Source of the DNA: Escherichia phage vB_EcoM_G2248 | Sequence record: MK327932.1 | Direction: 5' to 3' (one strand) | DNA length: 64,000 bases | Part shown: positions 17,816-25,817 of the stretch, piece after piece | Position numbering within the stretch: the first letter of the stretch is position 1 | Layout: every line of letters starts with the position of its first letter | Position numbers and translations under genes: made by a program | The notes under the pieces: generated by a model | What the model was told of the DNA's origin: nothing | Seen by the model: the letters and a program-made list of their open reading frames with translations, nothing else | Database searches by the model: none

Positions 17816-18412
17816 TTAGTTGGTAGTGCCGTCAATAAAATGTTTACGGCACACAGAAACATATTTATCCTCTGCACCAACTTCTATTTGAGCACCATCG
17901 CGAACAACATTACCCTCTTTATCTACACGAAGGACCATAGTTGCTTTCTTACCGCAATGACAAATACCCTTCATTTCGACCAGTTTATCAGCAAATGCCA
18001 TCAATGCCGCAGATCCTTCAAATAGATTGCCCTGAAAGTCGGTGCGAAGCCCATAACACAAAACAGGGATATTGGCATCATCAACCAGTGCACACAAGCC
18101 TAAAACATGCTCTTTAGTCATAAATTGGGCTTCATCTACAAACACAGCAGCAGGACGCCAGCGATCTGGTCTACGCTTACCTAGTGATTCACGATAAACC
18201 AAATCGAAAAGATCATCTGATTTAGTGAATGTGATCGCTGGAGCACTTAGACCAATTCGGGAAACAACTTCACTCTCTGAATCTCGATTATCAATCGCTG
18301 GCTTAAGAATCAATACTCGCATATCACGTTCGGTATAGTTATAAGCACTTTGTAACAGAGAAGTTGATTTGCCAGCGTTCATAGATGCATAGTAGAAATA
18401 TAATTGCGCCAT
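17816..18412 (-). CDS. tk: thymidine kinase
   Basis: P-loop SMNAGKST, VDEAQF and a C-terminal Cys cluster typical of thymidine kinase. Confidence 0.85.
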   Translation of the reverse strand: MAQLYFYYASMNAGKSTSLLQSAYNYTERDMRVLILKPAIDNRDSESEVVSRIGLSAPAITFTKSDDLFDLVYRESLGKRRPDRWRPAAVFVDEAQFMTKEHVLGLCALVDDANIPVLCYGLRTDFQGNLFEGSAALMAFADKLVEMKGICHCGKKATMVLRVDKEGNVVRDGAQIEVGAEDKYVSVCRKHFIDGTTN

Positions 18413-18705
18413 TAATTAATCTCCAAAAATCCAACAAGACCTAAACCGATATAAGTCCAGATACCAATGAAAAAGATGTTAATGCTCATGGCAAGGATAA
18501 ACCCTTTCAGAGTTTTGGGATACCCGACCCAATATTCCAGACCATCTTCTAACCGGATCAACTTATTGCCTTGCGAGTCCATATCAACTACAACATGTTT
18601 ATTTCGAGATTGCAATAGATATTGTTTTACAATCTCTACACCCGCCATAATAACAATAACGAAAATAAAAGTCCACACAACAAGATTAATGATAGTCTCA
18701 AGCAT
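18412..18705 (-). CDS. small membrane protein
   Basis: Two hydrophobic helices; RBS GGAGGTGA before ATG 18705. Confidence 0.5.
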   Translation of the reverse strand: MLETIINLVVWTFIFVIVIMAGVEIVKQYLLQSRNKHVVVDMDSQGNKLIRLEDGLEYWVGYPKTLKGFILAMSINIFFIGIWTYIGLGLVGFLEIN

Positions 18706-18915
18706 TTTCTATCACCTCCACCCAATCAGGTGTTTCCTGAAAGACTCCTTCACCTTCATGATGGTCGCAACCTTTATTGCTGCAATACATCCACCAATCC
18801 CACATTCCCCACGGTAAACGCTGCATATCGTCGTTACAGCAAGTGAATACAATAGGCCAACCACATCTACCACAACGGCAGTTTTCCTTCATGTGAGCGG
18901 TATTAGGCTTCTTCA
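18698..18915 (-). CDS. small Cys-rich protein
   Basis: CRCGRCG...CC...C...C motifs; ATG 18915. Confidence 0.4.
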
Positions 18916-19107
18916 TAGATGACTCCAATATAATCGACATTTACATTTAGGGCAATGCGGTTCTTTAATATAATACCCGTCTGTCTTTGGAACACTAACA
19001 GGAGCGGTTTTTATATTGTATTCAGTGAAACAACGAAAACAAGTTACGTTTTCTACAGACTGACGTTTCACCCAATCACCGGAATAGAGATCATTTTTAT
19101 TTGTCAT
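18913..19107 (-). CDS. small zinc-ribbon protein
   Basis: CFRC...CPKCKC; ATG 19107 with RBS GGTGG. Confidence 0.4.
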   Translation of the reverse strand: MTNKNDLYSGDWVKRQSVENVTCFRCFTEYNIKTAPVSVPKTDGYYIKEPHCPKCKCRLYWSHL

Positions 19108-19552
19108 ATTCCACCACCACAATGTTAATGTCTGGAGTGGCAATATTAATGATTTCTTCTACACATTCCCACTCAAGGCCACCGATACCGCAACCGATTT
19201 TAGGAATATAGAAAGGCTGTATAGCACCTTCAAAAACATCATTGAGAGCCTCAAATCCTTTCAGGATAGCACCATATTCAGCATTTGGACCCGGTCGGAA
19301 TTGGGTATAGAGATTAACCCCGCACCAATTATAACCATTAACTTGATGCGTCCAGACACTAAACCCACCCAGCTTTTCGACCTTACCGCGAGAAGTTTGC
19401 TTGTCAATCTCTAACGCTTGCGGGAACTCTTTCGCGATCTTCGCAGCAATACCAGCGCCCATAGTATGAAAACAATTACAACCATGAATTAAATGACCTT
19501 TTCCTTGTTTAAACAGGGCGATGAGATCGCCCTTTACAGTATCAATAATCAT
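19097..19552 (-). CDS. macro domain (ADP-ribose binding/processing) protein
   Basis: HGCNCFHTMGAGIAAKIAKEFP resembles the macro-domain N-terminal motif; RBS GAGAGG. Confidence 0.55.
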   Translation of the reverse strand: MIIDTVKGDLIALFKQGKGHLIHGCNCFHTMGAGIAAKIAKEFPQALEIDKQTSRGKVEKLGGFSVWTHQVNGYNWCGVNLYTQFRPGPNAEYGAILKGFEALNDVFEGAIQPFYIPKIGCGIGGLEWECVEEIINIATPDINIVVVEYDK

Positions 19553-19567
19553 AATATAAACCTCTCA

Positions 19568-19927
19568 TTAGTCACGGGAAGACAACCCAGCCATAAAACG
19601 GCTTAACAGTGTGTCGCGATAAGCAAAGCATAATTGCTTATCAGGGGCAGTATCACACAGGTTGCGTTTTGTTTTAGCAAAGCTGGCAATACTCAGATCC
19701 CATGCTCGATTTTTTCGTTTTTCGTCTCGACCTTGTTTGTATGCTTCATCAAGTTCGAGCGCGATAAAATCACTACACATGTTATCATCATCACAGAAAG
19801 TTTTAATGATCTTTTTGTTGATCTCAAATCCTTTGTATTCGAACTTTGGATAATGGCGCTCATTACTAGCAAGCGCACCAGCCGATAACATCATAGCAAT
19901 CATAGCAATTATTGTCAACTTTTTCAT
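19568..19927 (-). CDS. secreted/periplasmic hypothetical protein
   Basis: N-terminal signal peptide MKKLTIIAMIAMMLSAGALA; four Cys; RBS GAGGAA. Confidence 0.5.
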   Translation of the reverse strand: MKKLTIIAMIAMMLSAGALASNERHYPKFEYKGFEINKKIIKTFCDDDNMCSDFIALELDEAYKQGRDEKRKNRAWDLSIASFAKTKRNLCDTAPDKQLCFAYRDTLLSRFMAGLSSRD

Positions 19928-19934
19928 ATATTCC

Positions 19935-20525
19935 TCAATAGCGTTTAGTCTTAAGAATGCCTTTACTCTTTAGATGGTTGGCCTTTTTTAGTACGTCATC
20001 AGCATAACCTAATCCGGCTTTATAGTTCCATCCAGCATTGTAAGAAGCTAGCGCGAGTCGGATATTACCGTTTCGAACATCCAGCCAGTATGCTAACTCA
20101 TCCATCGCGTAGAATGCAGAAACCTCGCGATTCATGATAAAGTTGATAGTCTGGCGATCACTCATTTTAACACCGCGCTTTGCATTTTTCGCTTTCACCG
20201 TTTTAAGGTAATTTTGAAATAATCCATAAGCATGATGATTTTTCTTTGGTGCTAAGTTTGCACCCGCGCTTGATTCTTGCCATGCGATACCCGCCAGGAT
20301 GTGGCCTAAACCCTTTCCGTCATAGCGAATATTCGGATGGTCATTTTTCAACTTACCGCTTTTCTCGAATTGTTCGCCATATTGATAGGCGAAATGTAAA
20401 TTATCTAGTTGGTGTGCTGTAAAGTTGTCTATCGGCGCTTTTTTGATCGGTGCGCTAGTCGATGCGTGTGTAGCACCAACGGCTAGTGACAGACTCAATA
20501 CTATCGCTTTTAGAACTTTTAACAT
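19935..20525 (-). CDS. secreted lytic transglycosylase (SLT domain)
   Basis: Signal peptide; SLT motifs GIAWQESS and AYGLFQ. Confidence 0.65.
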   Translation of the reverse strand: MLKVLKAIVLSLSLAVGATHASTSAPIKKAPIDNFTAHQLDNLHFAYQYGEQFEKSGKLKNDHPNIRYDGKGLGHILAGIAWQESSAGANLAPKKNHHAYGLFQNYLKTVKAKNAKRGVKMSDRQTINFIMNREVSAFYAMDELAYWLDVRNGNIRLALASYNAGWNYKAGLGYADDVLKKANHLKSKGILKTKRY

Positions 20526-20559
20526 TAATTTCTCCTGTTTGGCTTAACTTTCTGATTCC

Positions 20560-20589
20560 ATAATATAGCCCTATCACCAGAAAGTCAAG
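20560..20589 (-). promoter_or_regulatory. possible sigma70-like promoter (TTGACT, 18-nt spacer, TATTAT)
   Basis: Hexamers on the minus strand in the regB to SLT gap. Confidence 0.3.
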
Positions 20590-20612
20590 CATTATTTTTA
20601 ACCAATTTTCCA

Positions 20613-21035
20613 TTATTGGTCTACCTTCAAAACAACCGCCGACATTTTACCCGCCAGTCGTTTTGGATTCTCTATAATCATTCGACAGCATAGACCGTGA
20701 TATGGCTTACCCTCTTCGATTAGATCTACTGTCATCCCGATCCACATGTTGCCGTCAGTAATTTCTAATCGATTAGGTCGGTCTTCCATTTTCAGGAAGT
20801 CGAAGATCTCCGGCAAACGAGTTTCTATCTTATTGAATAATTCCATTGTCTTATGTTCATCGATATGACGATCGGTTAGACGGTCGATCATATGCGGACT
20901 AAAGCGAATGAAAATATACTCACCGTAACCATCATTCAAGCACTTTTCTTTGATCTGCGCATTGGTTTTGCGCATTTCGGTTTCGAAGAATCTACGCAGC
21001 TTACTACGGCGAACATGTACGTTAATTGTTTCCAT
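20613..21035 (-). CDS. regB: RegB-like site-specific endoribonuclease
   Basis: RRSKLRRFFETEMRK, RLEITDGNMWIGMTV and CRMIIENPKRLAGKMSAVVLK match T4 RegB (from memory); ATG 21035. Confidence 0.75.
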   Translation of the reverse strand: METINVHVRRSKLRRFFETEMRKTNAQIKEKCLNDGYGEYIFIRFSPHMIDRLTDRHIDEHKTMELFNKIETRLPEIFDFLKMEDRPNRLEITDGNMWIGMTVDLIEEGKPYHGLCCRMIIENPKRLAGKMSAVVLKVDQ

Positions 21036-21039
21036 TTTA

Positions 21040-21375
21040 TTATCCTTTCTTAAACAAATTGCGAATCCAGTATACAAACGGGATTTCTTTAAACTTGAAT
21101 TTCTCTATAGTTAATTCTTTAGTAGCAAGATGAATACCATAAGCATCATGTGTCACGATATGCCATTTTCTATAGTCCAAATGTGAACAACCGTCTGGAT
21201 CTAGGTTAATAAGAGTTTCTCGCTCACTAGGATTATTTTTCCACAATTTTGTAATAGGATCGCACATAATTCGACCTAGCGTACCATGAATAATCTCACA
21301 ACGGTAAAGTTTTCCAGCAGTGAGATAGGCGCACCCGTCATAGTCGGTATAAACAAACACTTCTTTAATACTCAT
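21040..21375 (-). CDS. hypothetical protein (GCSHL paralog family)
   Basis: Start at ATG 21375 with RBS AAGGAG; motif DGCSHLDYRKWHIV. Confidence 0.45.
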   Translation of the reverse strand: MSIKEVFVYTDYDGCAYLTAGKLYRCEIIHGTLGRIMCDPITKLWKNNPSERETLINLDPDGCSHLDYRKWHIVTHDAYGIHLATKELTIEKFKFKEIPFVYWIRNLFKKG

Positions 21376-21390
21376 TTTAATACTCCTTTG

Positions 21391-21432
21391 TTTCGATGGG
21401 GGTATATTACTACCCCCGTTTTGTTGTGTCAA
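21391..21432 (-). promoter_or_regulatory. PeSL-like early promoter with palindrome GGGGGTAGTAATATACCCCC
   Basis: TTGACA at 21432..21427; the palindrome spans the -10. Confidence 0.5.
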
Positions 21433-21678
21433 CTACTTTTTCAAGATTTTTTTAATTGCGTTCCAAAGACCTTTATTCTCAGGTTGTTTTGGTTCTTCGA
21501 TCAGTGTCCATGTTCGACCGTCTAAGTGTGCACAATTTTTAAGACAAATAAAAATCTGGTGTCCCTTATCATCACGGATATAACCACTATTCGCAAATCT
21601 TTCATGTGGTGTATATTCATACAGTGTATTTGGTGTAATATACTTGCGGTTACTATAAGGTGTCATCACATACATCAT
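21433..21678 (-). CDS. hypothetical protein (GCSHL paralog family)
   Basis: Motif NCAHLDGRTWTLI; start placed at ATG 21678. Confidence 0.4.
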   Translation of the reverse strand: MMYVMTPYSNRKYITPNTLYEYTPHERFANSGYIRDDKGHQIFICLKNCAHLDGRTWTLIEEPKQPENKGLWNAIKKILKK

Positions 21679-21869
21679 GGTACTAACTCCCAACGATCAC
21701 CGCGAAGATGAGAACATCCACCATCAAGAAGTATCGTAATACGATAACCTATATCATCTTTGATGTAACCGATTGTCGGTGGATTTTCGTCGTCTCGTGC
21801 CGGGGTAAAATCATACATCTTTCCGGGCGTAATATCTTGTCCTTTATTACTATTGGTATAAACTTGCAT
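21675..21869 (-). CDS. hypothetical protein (GCSHL paralog family)
   Basis: Motif GGCSHLRGDRWELV; RBS AGGAGA before ATG 21869. Confidence 0.45.
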   Translation of the reverse strand: MQVYTNSNKGQDITPGKMYDFTPARDDENPPTIGYIKDDIGYRITILLDGGCSHLRGDRWELVP

Positions 21870-21890
21870 TTTCTTAATCTCCTATATTAA

Positions 21891-22589
21891 CTAACCACGG
21901 GTATAGTGTTCCAGAACAACGGTCAGATGAATATATTCTAATAGATCTTTCCAAAAGTCAACATCTGGTTCTTCCGGCATACCGTTTTTCTTTGCCTCTT
22001 CACGCGCGAGTTTAACACGCTCGTAGAGATCTTTCAATTCTTCCCGCACATTATCAAAGGTTCTTTCTCCTAACTTACACGCTAAGATAGAAGAACGTCG
22101 CGCGAGCGGGAATTGTAGATCACCAGTTTGATAGATTTCAAGTAGCTGATAACCAACACGCAGAGCATGAGAAAGATCTTTCCAGTTACTGAAATACTTT
22201 TCAGATTTGGCTACCTGTTTCTTGAGATAACCAGACAAACCCCACATACCAACATGATAGAATTTATCGCGATGTGTTCGGATGTATTCCCATTCTCTGG
22301 AGGATTCGATCAACATGTTACTAGGCGCGTGCACCATATCAATAGCGCCGATATCACCTTTACATGCCAGATTGATAAACCGTTTTAGACTGAACATATT
22401 AACGTCAATATCGTCTTTGGTGTTCTTGATACCTTGACCGCTAGTGCTTTGGTCATAGTGTTCTTTCATCGATCCTAAGATAATTTCTTTCGCAGTCGGA
22501 ACAAAGATACCACGATAATCTTTATCGGAATTTTCAGTATCAAGGCCGTATAAGTGAGATCCGAAGACCATTTTAACCATTGTATGCAT
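21891..22589 (-). CDS. Pol-beta-superfamily nucleotidyltransferase
   Basis: N-terminal signature FGSHLYGLDTENSDKDYRG (GS-x9-13-D-x-D); RBS GAGGG. Confidence 0.55.
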   Translation of the reverse strand: MHTMVKMVFGSHLYGLDTENSDKDYRGIFVPTAKEIILGSMKEHYDQSTSGQGIKNTKDDIDVNMFSLKRFINLACKGDIGAIDMVHAPSNMLIESSREWEYIRTHRDKFYHVGMWGLSGYLKKQVAKSEKYFSNWKDLSHALRVGYQLLEIYQTGDLQFPLARRSSILACKLGERTFDNVREELKDLYERVKLAREEAKKNGMPEEPDVDFWKDLLEYIHLTVVLEHYTRG

Positions 22590-22632
22590 AATTAAACCCT
22601 CAGTTGATTAAGAGATTGCATCATATCATCAT

Positions 22633-22665
22633 AAAACGAAAAAGCCAACCCTTTTCGGATTGGCT
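22633..22665 (-). terminator. rho-independent terminator downstream of the GrcA-like gene
   Basis: Hairpin AGCCAATCCGAAAAGGGTTGGCT followed by a T-run on the minus strand. Confidence 0.6.
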
Positions 22666-22675
22666 TGATGAAAAA

Positions 22676-23092
22676 TTAGAGAGATTCGGTAAAGGTACGA
22701 GCGATAACATCACGTTGCTGGTCTGGAGTCAGACTATTGAAGCGCACTGCGTAACCAGAAACGCGAATTGTAAGCTGCGGGTACTTCTCAGGATTAGCAA
22801 CAGCATCCAGAAGAAGGTCGCGACTCATCACATTGATATTCGCGTGCTGACCACCTTCGACAACCGGAGCACCATTATCTACAATCACCGGACGGAAGCT
22901 AGTTGTGTGCAGTGCCAGCGAATCGACGTCTTCTTCGGTGATCACATGGTCTTCTGCGAAAGTTTTACTAACAATTACTTTAGCGCCGATCAGTGCTTTC
23001 GGTTCGGATACCAAAATCATAGGCGCGAAGTGTCCACCGATAATAGTACCTTTATGCTCACCTTTCATGATTTGAATTGCTTTAAATTCCAT
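22676..23092 (-). CDS. autonomous glycyl radical cofactor (GrcA/YfiD-like)
   Basis: C-terminal glycyl radical motif RVSGYAVRF in a 138-aa protein; T4 is known to encode a YfiD-like protein; RBS GAGGTGA. Confidence 0.7.
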   Translation of the reverse strand: MEFKAIQIMKGEHKGTIIGGHFAPMILVSEPKALIGAKVIVSKTFAEDHVITEEDVDSLALHTTSFRPVIVDNGAPVVEGGQHANINVMSRDLLLDAVANPEKYPQLTIRVSGYAVRFNSLTPDQQRDVIARTFTESL

Positions 23093-23226
23093 AATTCACC
23101 TCTTATAGATCAGGACGTTCGTCATTAATTTTACCAACCAAAACACCATAGAGTTTATCAGGTTGGATTTTACGATTCTTTTTAATTGTAGCACGAAATC
23201 GACGAGCTACGCTATCTTTATTTTCA

Positions 23227-23718
23227 TTAGTTGATACCTAAGCCAATGAAAATAGGTTGGTCTTCTACATTACCCATCCCAACACTAAGTCGATTCAATT
23301 CTAAAAACTGCAATACGCTGTCAGTAAATCCGCGCATGGTAGTATCTAGGATAAAAATTGTTTTGTCAAGACTACGACCTCGCCATGTGATCGGATTCAG
23401 GAAAGTTCGGATCGACGTACAATCTACATCTGAAATATTTACATTTTCACCACGACCGCGATCTCGGATCGTTTTGGCATGTTCCCGCGTTGTTGAAACG
23501 ATAAAGACACTATAGCCTTTTCGCGTATAATGGTCATATAACTTGATTGTAGCGTCTGTATGCCCTGTCTGACGGCCTAAATTGATTGAGACAATGGAAT
23601 CTAGGTCATCAGCAAAATTGCGTCGCTTACGGCGTTCCATGATGCCATTTACAGCAGATACACACGCAGCATAAATCAAATCTTTACTTTCTAATTCTAA
23701 ATCAATGTCAATATTCAT
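23227..23718 (-). CDS. hypothetical protein
   Basis: Start placed at ATG 23718 behind RBS GGAGAC; the track ORF extends to 23766. Confidence 0.45.
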   Translation of the reverse strand: MNIDIDLELESKDLIYAACVSAVNGIMERRKRRNFADDLDSIVSINLGRQTGHTDATIKLYDHYTRKGYSVFIVSTTREHAKTIRDRGRGENVNISDVDCTSIRTFLNPITWRGRSLDKTIFILDTTMRGFTDSVLQFLELNRLSVGMGNVEDQPIFIGLGIN

Positions 23719-23780
23719 GGTAAAGTCTCCAGTGAACGGGGAGAGATCCTTAGATTGTCTCCCCATTGATGGTTAATATT

Positions 23781-24356
23781 TTATTTTGGATCTGGGAAAT
23801 TCAATAGAGCATATTCTCCATAAAATTTCCTAGCTGCATTATCATAAGCGATTGCAGCTTCGATTTCTGTGTCATATTGTCCAAGAACATGTCTTTGTAG
23901 GTTGACCATTATACTAGCTCTCCATTTCTTACGCAAATCCTTCCTGTTACACTTACTAACACCCTTATACACACTAGAAAACTTTTTAGACTTCTTCTTT
24001 CTATTATGTTGATTTTGCGCGTCGGTTGCCTCCCTAAGATTTGGAGGATTGTTATTAGCAGGATTACCGTCAATATGATCAATTAATCTAACTTGCGTCC
24101 CATGTTCTAGAAACCAAACAACCCTATGCACGAATAGATGAACTCTAGGAAGACCGTCATCTCTACTATGCCAAAATCTAAGATGACCATCTTTATTTGT
24201 TCTGACTTTAACTAAATCGCCGTGTTTATATCTACTCCCTAATGGTCGTCCTTTGATAGCTTTACTATCGACTCTATAATATAAGATACCCTCTATATGA
24301 GCATATCTAAGTTTTATCTCGTTTTGTAGGGATTCATCCCAATATTTAAAAGCCAT
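23781..24356 (-). CDS. HNH homing endonuclease with C-terminal AP2 DNA-binding domain
   Basis: HNH motif LIDHIDGNPANNNPPNLREATDAQNQHN; AP2-like SSVYKGVS...WRASI...YDTEIEAAIAYDNAARKFYG. Confidence 0.75.
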   Translation of the reverse strand: MAFKYWDESLQNEIKLRYAHIEGILYYRVDSKAIKGRPLGSRYKHGDLVKVRTNKDGHLRFWHSRDDGLPRVHLFVHRVVWFLEHGTQVRLIDHIDGNPANNNPPNLREATDAQNQHNRKKKSKKFSSVYKGVSKCNRKDLRKKWRASIMVNLQRHVLGQYDTEIEAAIAYDNAARKFYGEYALLNFPDPK

Positions 24357-24401
24357 TTTATAATCCTCACAAAGCCAGCGATTAAGCTGGCTTGATTTTA
24401 G

Positions 24402-24791
24402 TTATACCGGGTCTGGATATACCTTTTTATCGAGTTCCATATGCGGTCCGTCTTTAAAAGTAACCCAATCAACACCGCAGATAACAGGAACACCCAATTC
24501 TCGACCAGCTTGTTTAAATGCATCCGCGATCATGCGGTAGTATTTCATGTTCCATGTATCCTTATCTTTCGGATACGCTACAACGTCAACCGCGAAACCG
24601 TGAAGATGACGAGATTTCATAGTCTTAGATTTACCTTCCGCAACATATTTCTTTTGCGTTTCTAGACTACGTACACCTTCCGTAATACCAAAATCGACCG
24701 GAGTCAGTTCTAACGCACGATGAACGACTTTTACCAGGTCAGGATGCACACCAACAAGCCGATCTTTGCTTCTTTGAGATAATTTAAACAT
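24402..24791 (-). CDS. peptidase M15 family peptidoglycan endopeptidase (candidate endolysin)
   Basis: Zn-binding motifs SRHLHGFAVDV and DGPHMELD typical of L-alanyl-D-glutamate peptidases; no signal peptide. Confidence 0.65.
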   Translation of the reverse strand: MFKLSQRSKDRLVGVHPDLVKVVHRALELTPVDFGITEGVRSLETQKKYVAEGKSKTMKSRHLHGFAVDVVAYPKDKDTWNMKYYRMIADAFKQAGRELGVPVICGVDWVTFKDGPHMELDKKVYPDPV

Positions 24792-24819
24792 TATTCACCC
24801 CCTTTGTGAGTGATAATAT

Positions 24820-25011
24820 TTAGATTCCGGCGATCCTGCATAGAGTTCTTGTATTAGCACCAATCAGGATCGCATTAACGACAACCATTCCCCAATCAAC
24901 CCACTGATTATTATAAATGCTAAACCCGTTTGCAAGACCAAATACAAGCATTCCGGTACACATACTCAGAGCAATAATCAACATCACGGTAAAACCAAAT
25001 GCAAATTTCAT
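24820..25011 (-). CDS. small membrane protein
   Basis: 63 aa, hydrophobic, ATG start. Confidence 0.4.
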   Translation of the reverse strand: MKFAFGFTVMLIIALSMCTGMLVFGLANGFSIYNNQWVDWGMVVVNAILIGANTRTLCRIAGI

Positions 25012-25012
25012 A

Positions 25013-25228
25013 TTATTTTCCTTTTCTCTGTTTACGTTTATAAAAGTAATACATTACCTCATCACGTCCGGTGATCCAACATGCTAGGGCGGTAAACAGG
25101 TTTACAATTCCCAACACACCTACTGACGCGGCGCTGTCAACAGACATAGGAACAGTAAAGGCCATAGCTAACATAGCAACGCCACAAATGACATTAAGCA
25201 CCATTATAATAAGACCGAAGAAAACCAT
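25013..25228 (-). CDS. small membrane protein
   Basis: Start placed at ATG 25228 with RBS GGAGGA; two hydrophobic helices. Confidence 0.4.
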   Translation of the reverse strand: MVFFGLIIMVLNVICGVAMLAMAFTVPMSVDSAASVGVLGIVNLFTALACWITGRDEVMYYFYKRKQRKGK

Positions 25229-25230
25229 TG

Positions 25231-25422
25231 TCAATCCTCCGACACAAGAAAACCAACAATCACGCCAGTGATAAGACATGATGCGCCGCTAATCAGACAA
25301 CCCGCACCAAGTGATTCCCACCAGATCAGAGAAGCGACAATAACACAGAATCCCCATACTACCGCAATCACAACATAGGCAAGGGTCGCCCAAAACATAT
25401 ATTTGTTCATAATAAATCCCAT
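25231..25422 (-). CDS. small membrane protein
   Basis: Hydrophobic 63-aa ORF. Confidence 0.4.
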   Translation of the reverse strand: MGFIMNKYMFWATLAYVVIAVVWGFCVIVASLIWWESLGAGCLISGASCLITGVIVGFLVSED

Positions 25423-25595
25423 TCACCAAACAAATAAGAAAAAAGCCATATCAACAGAAACGAGGCAATTGATCCGGCAAGCAAAATGATATTAGAGAAT
25501 CCGCCGTCTATCCAGGCGACAAAACAGAATACGCCAGTATAGAAGCATAAACCCATTACAAAGCATACTATAAGCAACCATAGACAAAACGCCAT
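25407..25595 (-). CDS. small membrane protein
   Basis: RBS GGAGGG before ATG 25595; hydrophobic. Confidence 0.45.
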   Translation of the reverse strand: MAFCLWLLIVCFVMGLCFYTGVFCFVAWIDGGFSNIILLAGSIASFLLIWLFSYLFGEWDLL

Positions 25596-25656
25596 AGAAA
25601 GCCCTCCATCGAGATAAATTAGTGCGGGTAGGGGACTGCACTACCCGCTTTGTTAA

Positions 25657-25815
25657 TCATCGCAGAGCGTGTTCTAGAACGATTCCACACCAACCGCTAA
25701 CCACACCAAAACACACAGCAACAAGCAGATTCATTCGGTCTTTTGGAATCATCGCAAACAGAACAACACCCACACAGAAAGCCATCACCATTGAAGTTAA
25801 CATTTGTTCAACCAT
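25657..25815 (-). CDS. small membrane protein (52 aa, below track cutoff)
   Basis: Own translation MVEQMLTSMVMAFCVGVVLF...; RBS AGGTG before ATG 25815. Confidence 0.35.
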   Translation of the reverse strand: MVEQMLTSMVMAFCVGVVLFAMIPKDRMNLLVAVCFGVVSGWCGIVLEHALR

Positions 25816-25817
25816 TA

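Noticed and set aside
23093-23226. 134-bp gap upstream of the GrcA-like gene as a possible gene or promoter cassette
   Set aside because: No ORF longer than 17 codons and no TTGACA/TATAAT pair or palindrome. Probably just a 3' UTR or spacer.
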